Below, one piece after another: positions 26,388 to 36,820 of a DNA stretch of 64,000 nucleotides (position 1 is the stretch's first letter; every line of letters starts with the position of its first letter). Origin of the DNA: Tubulanus polymorphus (Eukaryota > Animalia > Nemertea); NCBI RefSeq assembly GCF_964204645.1, contig NC_134033.1:7696655-7760654 (forward strand), given 5' to 3'. The position numbers were made by a program, and so were the translations under genes. The notes beneath the pieces were generated by a model. It saw only the letters and a list, made by a program, of their open reading frames with translations. It ran no database searches and was not told where the DNA came from.

Positions 26388-28000
26388 ATTTCGATTTTGT
26401 CGCCCGCGACAGTTCATTATTTCGGTTTTGTCACACGCGACAATTCAATATTTTGGTTTTATCGCCCGCGACAATTCCTTATTTTGGTTTTGTCACACGC
26501 GACAATTCAATATTTTGGTTTTATCGCCCGCGACAATTCCTTATTTTGGTTTTATCGCTTGCGGCAATTCATTAGTTTGGTTTTGTCACCCGCGACAATT
26601 CAATATTTTGGTTTTGTCGCCCGCGAAAATTCAATATTTTGGTTTTATCGCCCACGACAATTCATTACTTAGGTTTTATCGCCAGCGACAATTCATTATT
26701 TTGGTTTTATATTTTGTTTTTGTCGCCCGCGACAATTTTCTTTTTTGGTTTTGTCGCCCGCGACAATTCAATATTTTGGTTTTATCGCCCGCGATAATTC
26801 ATTATTTTGGTTTTGTCGCCTGAGACAATTCATTATTTTGGTTTTGTCGCCTGAGACAATTCATTATTTTGGTTTTATCGGCCGCGACAATTCATTATTA
26901 CGGTTTTATCGGCCGCGACAATTCATTATTTTGGTTTTATCGGCCGCGACAATATTCTTCTTTTTGGTTTTGTCGCCCGCGACAATTCATTATTTTGGTT
27001 TTATATTTTGTTTTTGTCGCCCGCGACAATTTTCTTTTTTGGTTTTGTCGCCCGCGACAATTCAATATTTTGGTTTTATCGCCCGCGATAATTCATTATT
27101 TTGGTTTTGTCGCCTGAGACAATTCATTATTTTGGTTTTGTCGCCTGAGACAATTCATTATTTTGGTTTTATCGGCCGCGACAATTCATTATTACGGCTT
27201 TATCGGCCGCGACAATTCATTATTTTGGTTTTATCGGCCGCGACAATTCATTATTACGGTTTTATCGCCCGCGACAATTCATTATTTTGGTTTTGTCGCC
27301 CGCGACAATTCACCATTTTGGTTTTGTCGCCCGCAACAATTCACCATTTTGGTTTTGTCGCCTGGATAATTCAACATTTTGGTTTTGTCGCCGCGACAAT
27401 TCATTATTTTGGTTTTGTCGCCCCAATTCATTATTTTGGTTTTATCGGCCGCGACAATTCATTATTACGGTTTTATCGGCCGCGACAATTCATTATTTTG
27501 GTTTTATCGGCCGCGACAATATTCTTCTTTTTGGTTTTGTCGCCCGCGACAATTCATTATTTTGGTTTTATATTTTGTTTTTGTCGCCCGCGACAATTTT
27601 CTTTTTTGGTTTTGTCGCCCGCGACAATTCAATATTTTGGTTTTATCGCCCGCGATAATTCATTATTTTGGTTTTGTCGCCTGAGACAATTCATTATTTT
27701 GGTTTTGTCGCCTGAGACAATTCATTATTTTGGTTTTATCGGCCGCGACAATTCATTATTACGGTTTTATCGGCCGCGACAATTCATTATTTTGGTTTTA
27801 TCGGCCGCGACAATTCATTATTACGGTTTTATCGCCCGCGACAATTCATTATTTTGGTTTTGTCGCCCGCGACAATTCACCATTTTGGTTTTGTCGCCCG
27901 CAACAATTCACCATTTTGGTTTTGTCGCCTGGATAATTCAACATTTTGGTTTTGTCGCCGCGACAATTCATTATTTTGGTTTTGTCGCCCCAATTCTTTT
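26388..28000 (+). repeat. 31-bp minisatellite with a ~567-bp higher-order duplication
   Basis: Same unit; identical variant order at 27163 and 27730. The array resumes at 29178-29610. Confidence 0.92.
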
Positions 28001-29179
28001 TTTTGACGCCTTATAAAACGTTACCATTATGAAACCTAAACAATGTTGACCATTCAGCGTCATTTTACAAACGACAGCCGTAAATCGATGTGCAAAACGT
28101 CACAGGTCTATGTTTACACAAACAAGCTATCTGGCAAAATATTATTGACATAGATGTAGAATGGCTTCCTGTGATTATATAATGACCTATATTTGAACGT
28201 CGAAATGTTATATTGCATTGAATATCATTAGAAGACGTATTGTAATAGTAAAGGATGTATGATTATATCAGAAGCATAAATAGAAATGATAAGTAAATCG
28301 GATTATTCGGTTAAATGGCGGATGTATACACGATTTGGAAGTCTGATATAAAAGTCAGACCCTGACGTGGGCATGCCGGTGGAATGACGAAGCTATCTAC
28401 GATGTGTGTAGGGCCGGCGTGAATTTCATCAGCGGCTACAAGCGGTCAATATGAAAATGTGTAAACATATAATTTCAATATTCAAACGTTTTAGAAAATA
28501 TGTTTGATATAAGGAGTATGCAGGTTTCGTGAGATCAGCAATTTATAATAGCATAGCTGTCATATACGGCTCCGCGTCCTCTGATGGCATGTGTATTAGG
28601 TGACAATTCAATTCAATTCTTTATTGATCCTTATTACATTGAAATTCCGGGATAAAATTCCCAAATTCAATAAATACAAATTTTAAAATAAATTAATACA
28701 ACATACATGACACACGGGTAATTCATACAGAACAACATAAGCATGTTATTCTAAATGACAATGTCTACTTCAACCCACCCAGACTCAAGACTCTAGGATA
28801 TCGAGTGACAGCCAAACCCGTGGCCCGGGCCCGGGCCGGCTGGTTAGGCCACACGATATGCTCGAAGTCATGATGAAGCAGACATCAGAAGAGCTCTTTC
28901 TTCAACCATGGAGGCAATGAAGTTGCAGACCAGTTTAGAGGCATAAGTAAATGAAGTCGGTCGCAAGTTCGCGATCAATTATTGAGAATTTTCAATAAAA
29001 AAATTTAAACCACTACTAGAGTCGAATACCTGTATCATCTACCCAATGGCCAAATCTCATCATTCCCCAAATTTCTTAAAACTTCGATTCCAAATTTGCA
29101 ATTCCACATTAGCTTAGCCCAGAAATTCTACATTTTTTTCGCAGGCGTCAAATAATTTTCTAAAATTAATTTTCTTGTT
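28001..29179 (+). mobile_element. HINE-like family D, copy 1
   Basis: Starts TTTTGACGCCT, ends AGGCGTCAAA plus an AT stem plus TTTTCTTGTT; second copy at 49663-50760. Confidence 0.7.
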
Positions 29180-29823
29180 TGGTTTTGTCGCCCGCGACAA
29201 TTCATTAGTTTGGTTTTATCGCCCACGACAATTCATTACTTTGGTTTTATCTCCAGCGACAATTCATTATTTTGGTTTTGTCGCCCGCCACAATTCTTCT
29301 TTTTGGTTTTGACGCCCGCGACAATTCAATATTTTGGTTTTGTCCCCCGCGACAATTCATTATTGTGGTTTTGTCGCCCGAGACATTTTCATTATTTTGG
29401 TTTTATCGTCCGCGACAATTCATTATTTTGGTTTTGTCGCACGTGACAATTCAATATTTTGTTTTTGTCGCCCGTGACAATTCATTATTTTGGTTTTATC
29501 GCCCGCGACAATTCATTAGTTTGGTTTTGTCGCCCGCGACAATTCAATATTTTGGTTTTATCACCCGCGACAATTCATTAGTTTGGTTTTGTCGCCCGCG
29601 ACAATTCTTTTTCAGTCCACTTGGGACTTTAGTCTCAGTGGGCTATTGCGTTCACTTTTCGTCCGTCCGTCCGTCCATAGACGGAATCCAGTTATTTTGG
29701 GAAGTTTTGAATACGCTTCAAGGTAATGTCTTGATATCAGGTTTATACATGTATCTACCCTAGACACATCGTCAGCCCAAAAACTGGCCCTGTCAGATTC
29801 AAGATGGCCGTCTGGCAGCCATT

Positions 29824-30205
29824 AGTAATAGGGATAATAGGCTTTCATACCAAAGGTCGAAGGGTCGAGCTCGTAAAAAATGAAAATAACAATAATTTAC
29901 AGTTGAATTAGTCGCGCACACTCCTAATTCAACTGTAAATTATTATTATTTTCATTTTTTACTCACTCGCCCCTTCAACCTTTGATACGAAAGCCTATTA
30001 TCCCTATTACTCTTAAAATATTCACATAAATGAATAACATTTAAATCATTGAACTTCTAAAATCAATTTTAATAAAAAATATAGTATTAAAATGGAAGCA
30101 AATAAGTACTACTGCCCAACATGTAATATCGATATAGATAAATCCCAAAAAGCAAGACACAATAAAACTAGAACACATTTAGAGAATAAATTGAAACTAG
30201 AATAT
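29824..30205 (+). repeat. Left TIR (outer 188 bp is a fold-back palindrome)
   Basis: Reverse complement of 47343-47725 with 4 substitutions and one 1-bp indel by eye. Confidence 0.95.
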
Positions 30206-30343
30206 TTACAGTTATATTCAGAACAGTTAACAAAGGGAAAGAAATTTATTGAATTATGGAATAATGATCCAAATAATGAACAATACGTTGAGGAATTTAT
30301 TATCAAGGAATCGAAAGAACTTATCAAAAGCAGCGAGGAATGA
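30092..30343 (+). CDS. Chimeric 83-aa ORF: pPolB N-terminal zinc finger fused to an HNH-protein-like tail
   Basis: First 38 codons lie inside the TIR and match the pPolB start; the remainder resembles the C-terminus of 30423-31088. Confidence 0.6.
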   Translation: MEANKYYCPTCNIDIDKSQKARHNKTRTHLENKLKLEYLQLYSEQLTKGKKFIELWNNDPNNEQYVEEFIIKESKELIKSSEE

Positions 30344-30422
30344 AAAAGGATGACGTTGGTCGAAGAAATGGAAGAGGATTCTAAAATTATTAACCAATTT
30401 AGTAAAAAAATACGTATAATAA

Positions 30423-31088
30423 ATGGAACCAGAACAACCACAAACTATCAATATTACAAATAACACTGGCGTTATAAACATATATTACAAGAAGTGTTCT
30501 AAATGTGAATTAGATAAATCATTAACAGAATTTAGTAAGCGTAAGATTAGCAAAGATGGTTTTCAATATTGTTGTAAAACTTGTACTAAACTATATACCA
30601 AACAATATCGAGAAGATCATAGAGAATCTTATAATGATTATATGACAGAATACATGAGAGAAAGATATCAAACAGATCTTAATTTTAGATTGAAACAATG
30701 CTTAAGGACTAGATTAACACAATTATTCAACAAAGAAACACATTCAGAAACACTATCTAATCTATTGGGTTGTTCAGATGAATTTCTCAAATCATGGATA
30801 ATATATCAATTCGACGATAAAATGAATATAGATAATTATGGAGAATACTTTCATATTGATCATGTGTTGCCGATTTCTAAATTTGACATGAATGATGAAT
30901 ACAATAAAAAACTTATTTGGAATTGGAAGAATCTAAGACCTTTAGAAAAGAAGGAAAACATTATTAAATCCAATAAACTAGATTTACAGTTATATTTAGA
31001 TCAACTGGATAAAACAAAGACATTTGTTGAATTATGGAATAGTATTTCACAGAATCAACCGCATTCTGAGGTTTTGATCAGTGGTTAG
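30423..31088 (+). CDS. HNH endonuclease with N-terminal CxxC...CxxC zinc finger
   Basis: CSKC...CKTC, then LLGCS...NYGEYFHIDHVLPISKF...WKNLRPLEKKENIIKSNK. Confidence 0.8.
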   Translation: MEPEQPQTINITNNTGVINIYYKKCSKCELDKSLTEFSKRKISKDGFQYCCKTCTKLYTKQYREDHRESYNDYMTEYMRERYQTDLNFRLKQCLRTRLTQLFNKETHSETLSNLLGCSDEFLKSWIIYQFDDKMNIDNYGEYFHIDHVLPISKFDMNDEYNKKLIWNWKNLRPLEKKENIIKSNKLDLQLYLDQLDKTKTFVELWNSISQNQPHSEVLISG

Positions 31089-31436
31089 AAAGCTGGCAAT
31101 TCTATTTGAGCTTTGTATGTATATAATACATAGCTTTTGCTTACTACTAAAACATATGTTGCCAAATATATCTTGTTTTCAATTCTAAAGAATTAATTAA
31201 CTTCATCATAAAGAACATCTGTGCAGAAGTAATTAGTTTGGTCGAACGTGCGCCACGTCGGCAGTTAGAAATCAACTTTCACATACATAGTACGTATTGG
31301 ATATTCTCTCTCAAAACACAGTTTACAGTTCTAAATCTAAATGTAAGTACTGTTTTTTGTAGTTATTATGAAGTAGGGAAACCTTTAAACATATTTAAGT
31401 ACAGTAATTCATTTTCACGATATCTTTTAGATTAAA

Positions 31437-32165
31437 ATGGAACACAAAGATCAACCAGAAATTCTAAGCCAACCAACGGATGAGGAACGATTGCTTCTGG
31501 ATAGTGAAACTCAGGAATCAATAGAAATGGAGGATGAAACTCTCGTAATTGACGAACAAACTTCCCAAACATTACAAGAACATTTGGACTATCATCAAGA
31601 AATGGTGAAAATTCTGAGTGATGTAATACATAATAAACAATTACCGCGCGAACTACAATTACCAAAATTACCAGCAACGCGACTCAAATTGCTGTTGGGG
31701 CTCAAAGAATCGAAAACTAAGAAAATGAGTGGAGAAGAGTTGAACGAGTTTTTAAAATCTAAATTAATCATTAACACAGAACATTTAAACTTTCCGGAAA
31801 TACAAAGTGTAGAAGTTATTTCATTTGCTGAAATTACTGATATCTTAAAAAAAAGTTATAAAACCATATTAAATAGAAAAGCAAATCACGTATGGGACCA
31901 CATCATATTCGGGGGTTATCTAAATATAAGGTTTTCAATGTTTGATAAAGAAACTGAGGGGATTTCTTGGGGACTGTGGGTTAAAAAGAACATAGATATC
32001 AGTGCTGGTTTTGAAAGAAAACTGAGAAGAGTAGGTAGATTAATAAAATATGAAAAATTCAAAATATTAGGATTAGCATTTAGTGAAGTAGTAAGACATT
32101 TACCAGAAATTGAAGAAATGATTGGAAACAATCCAGTAATTAAAGAATTCTGGACAAAATTATAA
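31437..32165 (+). CDS. Hypothetical protein, 242 aa (possible 5'UTR intron upstream)
   Basis: Intact ORF with acidic N-terminus and a helical C-terminal domain; function not recognised. Confidence 0.7.
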   Translation: MEHKDQPEILSQPTDEERLLLDSETQESIEMEDETLVIDEQTSQTLQEHLDYHQEMVKILSDVIHNKQLPRELQLPKLPATRLKLLLGLKESKTKKMSGEELNEFLKSKLIINTEHLNFPEIQSVEVISFAEITDILKKSYKTILNRKANHVWDHIIFGGYLNIRFSMFDKETEGISWGLWVKKNIDISAGFERKLRRVGRLIKYEKFKILGLAFSEVVRHLPEIEEMIGNNPVIKEFWTKL

Positions 32166-32229
32166 ATTATAATACTGAAGGTCTTAGATATCAAAAATGT
32201 AATCTCGATTGTATATATCTGTTTTAATA

Positions 32230-32586
32230 TTGTATTGTTTACTGTTAACTGTGTATTGCGTAATAACCGGTCCGATTGAACCGCTTTTCTATTGTTCTCC
32301 ATTGTTCTACTATTGATCGTTGTTAATGGCGGCGGTTGTTCTGTATTGATTGTTTACTGTTAACTAAGTGTTTTGTAATAACCGGTCCGATTGGACCGCA
32401 TTTCTATTGTTCTCCATTGTTCTACTATTGATCGTTGTTGACTGAAACAGCTGCTCAATATTGATTGGTTACAGTTCTATGTTTGAATGTTGTAGTTTAC
32501 AGAATAAAAATATAACTGTGTATTGCATAATAACCGGTCCGATTGGACCGCATTTCTATTGTTCTCCATTGTTCTATTATCGATCG
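32230..32586. repeat. Three imperfect repeats with CGGTCC-GATT-GGACCG palindrome
   Basis: TAATAACCGGTCCGATTG(G/A)ACCGC.TTTCTATTGTTCTCCATTGTTCTA at ~32261, 32377 and 32528. Confidence 0.85.
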
Positions 32587-32970
32587 CTAAAATTTACATA
32601 ATGAATATATGTGTTTATGAAATAGAATTCCACCAGTCGTTTCTTTGAGTTTATTTTCAGTTGAGGATTTGATATCGAGGATCCGAAATGACTTATCTGG
32701 ACAGTTATAATTACTGCTCCTAATAGATAGACAATAGTAGTGAGATATCAAATAGAATTTAAATAAAATATAATAAAAAAACAATAACTTCAACTATCTA
32801 TTATTTCTATTATATTTTTAATATTTTCTTTTCAAAAGAGAATACTTTATATCACAAATAAAAAATACTTAAAAAACAATAACTAATACTAGAATTCTTT
32901 AACTTCAACTAGCTAGTATCATTTGAAGAATACTTATAATATTTTTTTTTGCTTTTTTCCTCTAATATAA

Positions 32971-33573
32971 ATGTCAAAGAAATCTAATAAGAATAGTATT
33001 GATATTGAAAAAACATTAGATGATTTGGGTATAAGTGATAATAAAGATACAGTTGTAACTAATTCTATTCAAGTTAATAACAATATAGATTATGAATACT
33101 ACTTATATTGTAAGCATCATCTAGAACTATTGATTGCCGGTGGAAAAACTAATGAGTTTTTAACTAAGACTATTACTTTTCAAGAATTAGATGCTATGAA
33201 ACCCGATAAAGTAATAAAATATTTTAAGATTTATGAAGAGGCAAGATTAGCTAGAATAAATGATTCTATTTCAGATGGTATTGTCAAATGTTATTCTAAG
33301 TTATGTAACCAGTTAATACCAATTGATGATGAAAATAAATTATATAATGATTTGAAAAATGACTATTTAGTTATGACTGAATTACAAAAATGGGTTGGAT
33401 ACGCTTCATTTCAATTAGGATCGGTTATGACATTGATTTCTACTGGAGTTATAACATTTTCGAATATCAAACCTATGGAATATAAATCAGGTAAGAACGA
33501 AACAGATGTACTACAACCAAACGTCGAAACAGAAAATGAATCAGAACAAAAATTAACTAAAATAAATGAGTGA
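32971..33573 (+). CDS. Polinton hypothetical protein, 200 aa
   Basis: Intact ORF with TAAATG start and a hydrophobic segment near the C-terminus. Confidence 0.75.
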   Translation: MSKKSNKNSIDIEKTLDDLGISDNKDTVVTNSIQVNNNIDYEYYLYCKHHLELLIAGGKTNEFLTKTITFQELDAMKPDKVIKYFKIYEEARLARINDSISDGIVKCYSKLCNQLIPIDDENKLYNDLKNDYLVMTELQKWVGYASFQLGSVMTLISTGVITFSNIKPMEYKSGKNETDVLQPNVETENESEQKLTKINE

Positions 33574-33961
33574 TGGAGTTAAGAAAAAGGCTAGATCCGA
33601 GAAACAAATTAAATGGGCAAGAGAATTAGGTAAAAGATCATCAGAATTAAAAAAAGCTAAGAAAAAGAAATTAACTGATATAAATGAATCACAGAAATTA
33701 TCTGATGGTGCCGTACAGCACCCACACGGTGGTATTGATTCAAATAATAATCCATCTGATTCTTCTAATAGTGGAAGAAATAATTACTTATATATTACAA
33801 TTGGGTTAATCACAATTATTATATTCTCCGGTGTAATATATAAATCAAAATTCAAATCTGATGATAAAGATGATTCCAATGATGATAAACCTATCATACC
33901 CGAAAATAAGTCAAATCATAAATCAAATGAAAATAAATCTAAAATATTATTAATGGATTAA
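33566..33961 (+). CDS. Basic single-TM protein, 131 aa
   Basis: Lys-rich N-terminal helix; TM YLYITIGLITIIIFSGVIY. Confidence 0.7.
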   Translation: MSDGVKKKARSEKQIKWARELGKRSSELKKAKKKKLTDINESQKLSDGAVQHPHGGIDSNNNPSDSSNSGRNNYLYITIGLITIIIFSGVIYKSKFKSDDKDDSNDDKPIIPENKSNHKSNENKSKILLMD

Positions 33962-33964
33962 AAT

Positions 33965-35053
33965 ATGATGAAAAAAGAACAATATTTAAGAGATTTATAT
34001 TATAACCCAGAAAGTGAAGTTTCATATTCAAGTGTTTCGGAATTATGGGATAAAATTAAATCTGATAATAGCAATATAAAATATAGTGAATTAAAATCAT
34101 GGTTACAAAATCAACCCACATATCAAATTCATAAAAAGATGGATTAAAAATATTTAACAAGAAAAGTAATGGTTTCATATATCGATCAACAATGGCAAGC
34201 AGATTTAATTGACATGAAGAACTTAGAAGAATATAACAAAGGATATTTTTGGATACTAAATGTTATAGATATATTCAGTAGATACGCATGGAGTATCCCG
34301 ATTAAAAATAAAACTGGTATAGAAGTAACAAATGCTTTCAAATTAATATTTAAAGAAGCTATCCCAGATAAAATACAATTTGATGAAGGTAAAGAATTTT
34401 ATAACAAACATTTTAAAAAACTATTAACTGATAACGATGTAGAATATTTTTCAACACATTCAGATAAAAAAGCATCTGTTATAGAAAGATTTAATAAAAC
34501 ATTGAAAACTAGAATGTGGAAATATTTCACCGCTAATGAAACATATAAATATATCGATGTGTTAGATGATTTAGTTAAAGGTTATAATAATTCTAAACAT
34601 AGTTCTATAAATATGAAACCTATACAAGCTAGAAAAGAAGAAAATTCAGAAATAGTTTGGAATAATTTATATGGAGCATTTGTTACACATGATTTCGGTG
34701 AACCTAAATTTAAAATAGGACAACACGTTAGAATTTCTAAATATCGAAAAACATTTTATAAAGGTTATACCCCTAATTTTACAGAAGAAATATTCAAGAT
34801 TAAAAAGATAATATTAACTAAACCATTTGTTTATAAATTGTTTGATTTAAAAGATGAAGAAATATTAGGTTATTTCTATGAACAAGAATTATCATTAGTA
34901 CCAAATCCAGATGAAATAGAATACAAAATAGAAAAAGTATTGAAAACAAAAACTCTTAAAGGAAAAAAGTATTCTTTGGTGAAATATAAAGGATATGATG
35001 ATAAATTTAATGAATGGATTTCATCTAGTAAAATTAAAAGAATAAATGAATAA
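33965..35053 (+). pseudogene. int: Retroviral-like (rve) integrase with C-terminal chromodomain; one in-frame stop
   Basis: WQADLID / FDEGKEF / IERFNKTLK DDE motifs; YKIEKVL...VKYKGY...EWI chromodomain. ORFs 33965 and 34169 are in frame across TAA 34145-34147. Confidence 0.93.
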
Positions 35054-35657
35054 AGATTTATTTATATTTGAACCACATAATATATTAGTTACTGGAGTTA
35101 CAAATTGTGGTAAAACACATTTCATATTAGACTTGTTAGAAACTATTTATAAAAATCATTTTGATAATATAATATTATTCTGTCCTACATATGAAATGAA
35201 TAAAACATATAATAGAGATATAGTTAAGATAAAAAAGTTTATTATATTAGATCCTAAAACAGTAAAAGAAAATTTAGATAATTGTATAAAAATTGCATTA
35301 GATATTTATAAAGGATCAAATACATTATTCATTATAGATGATTGCGCAAATTTACATGATTCTAAAATTAGAGAAAGTGAGTTATGATATTTAGCTTTCT
35401 CTGGTAGACATTTTGGGATAACAACTTGGGTTTTAAATCAAAAATATAATTCAATTGTGAAAGATTTTAGAGAGAATATAAGATTTCTAGTTTTATTCTA
35501 CAACAAAGATAGAAAATCTATGCAACAATCATTAGAAGAAAATCAAATTATACCTACTGAATTACATGATGAATATATGAATAAATTAAAAAATAATAAA
35601 GGTTCAAAATTATTACTGAGATTACAATTTCCTTATGAATATAAATTTATAAAATAA
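35046..35657 (+). pseudogene. A32/FtsK-like DNA packaging ATPase; one in-frame stop
   Basis: Walker A GVTNCGKT, Walker B FIIDD; TGA at 35385, then YLAFSGRHFGITTWVLNQKY...REN in the same frame. Confidence 0.9.
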
Positions 35658-35679
35658 CTATTTGTATACCTATGTATTA

Positions 35680-35758
35680 GATACCCTAATACCTGATACC
35701 CTAATACCTGATACCCTAATACCTGATACCCTAATACCTGATACCCTATTAGATACCT
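35680..35758. repeat. 15-bp tandem repeat between convergent gene blocks
   Basis: (GATACCCTAATACCT)x4 plus partial units. Confidence 0.9.
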
Positions 35759-35831
35759 TAAATAATTTAAACCCCCTTTTTTATTTACTATTATTTTATA
35801 CAATTTTCAACCTTTATTATTCGAGTTTTAG

Positions 35832-36788
35832 TTAATCAATTTCTGAATCACTTTCACTATAAGACGCTAACAATTTATTTAAATGCTCTACCGAATCTTC
35901 TTCAATATCTTTATAATTTTTTTTCACCTTTTTCACCTTTTTCACCTTTTTTACCTTTTTCATATTTTTTACTAAATCATCAATAGTTGTTTTATTGTTA
36001 AGTTTATTGATCCAATCAAATTTATCATTATTTTCTACTTTAAGTTTTATAGAATCTTTATTATCAATATGTTTAACTGTAACTATATCATCATGTGGGT
36101 GTATAACACCATTTTCATTATCATCTTTATTAGTGTTTGATCCTAATATTTCATTTACAGTGTTTGATCCTAATATTTCATTAGCATCGGTTAAATCTAA
36201 TTCATCTTTATTAGGTGTTGCTAATAATAAATCTTCATATATTTTTTCACCATTTACTTTTTTATTTGAAACAAATTTTGTAACATATCTAAATGGGTGT
36301 TCTATAAATTCTTTTTTACCAACACGTTCTATAACATTAGTAATATGTGAATTTGTATTCATATGTTTATTCCAATTTGATGGAGCGTTTGAAAATTCAC
36401 CATTACAATAATCACAATAATTTCTATTTTCACTAACATTTAATATTATTGCATTATTATATGTAGAAGGTATTATATTATTTGATGTAGAGGGTATTAC
36501 AGATGTAGAAGGTATTATGTTATTAGATGTAGAAGGTATTACATTATTAGATGTAGAAGGTATTACGTTATTAGATGTAGAAGGTATTACATTATTATCA
36601 ATTACATTACTTAAATTATCAACAACTTCACTTTTATTATTATCGATTTCTATTAGTTTAGTTTTATAATTTTTAAAAATAGGATCAAATATCGAAGCTA
36701 TATTACAAGGTATTACATAATATAAACCATCATTATTTTCATGTGTATCGATGTATGGAATATGTTTATATACTTTACCTCCTTCCAT
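35832..36788 (-). CDS. Hypothetical 318-aa protein with C2H2-like finger and NNVIPSTS repeats
   Basis: CDYC...HMNTNSH; about six 8-aa repeats; (KKV)n tract. Confidence 0.75.
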   Translation of the reverse strand: MEGGKVYKHIPYIDTHENNDGLYYVIPCNIASIFDPIFKNYKTKLIEIDNNKSEVVDNLSNVIDNNVIPSTSNNVIPSTSNNVIPSTSNNIIPSTSVIPSTSNNIIPSTYNNAIILNVSENRNYCDYCNGEFSNAPSNWNKHMNTNSHITNVIERVGKKEFIEHPFRYVTKFVSNKKVNGEKIYEDLLLATPNKDELDLTDANEILGSNTVNEILGSNTNKDDNENGVIHPHDDIVTVKHIDNKDSIKLKVENNDKFDWINKLNNKTTIDDLVKNMKKVKKVKKVKKVKKNYKDIEEDSVEHLNKLLASYSESDSEID

Positions 36789-36820
36789 TTATTATATATA
36801 TTTTTATTAAAGTTAAAATT

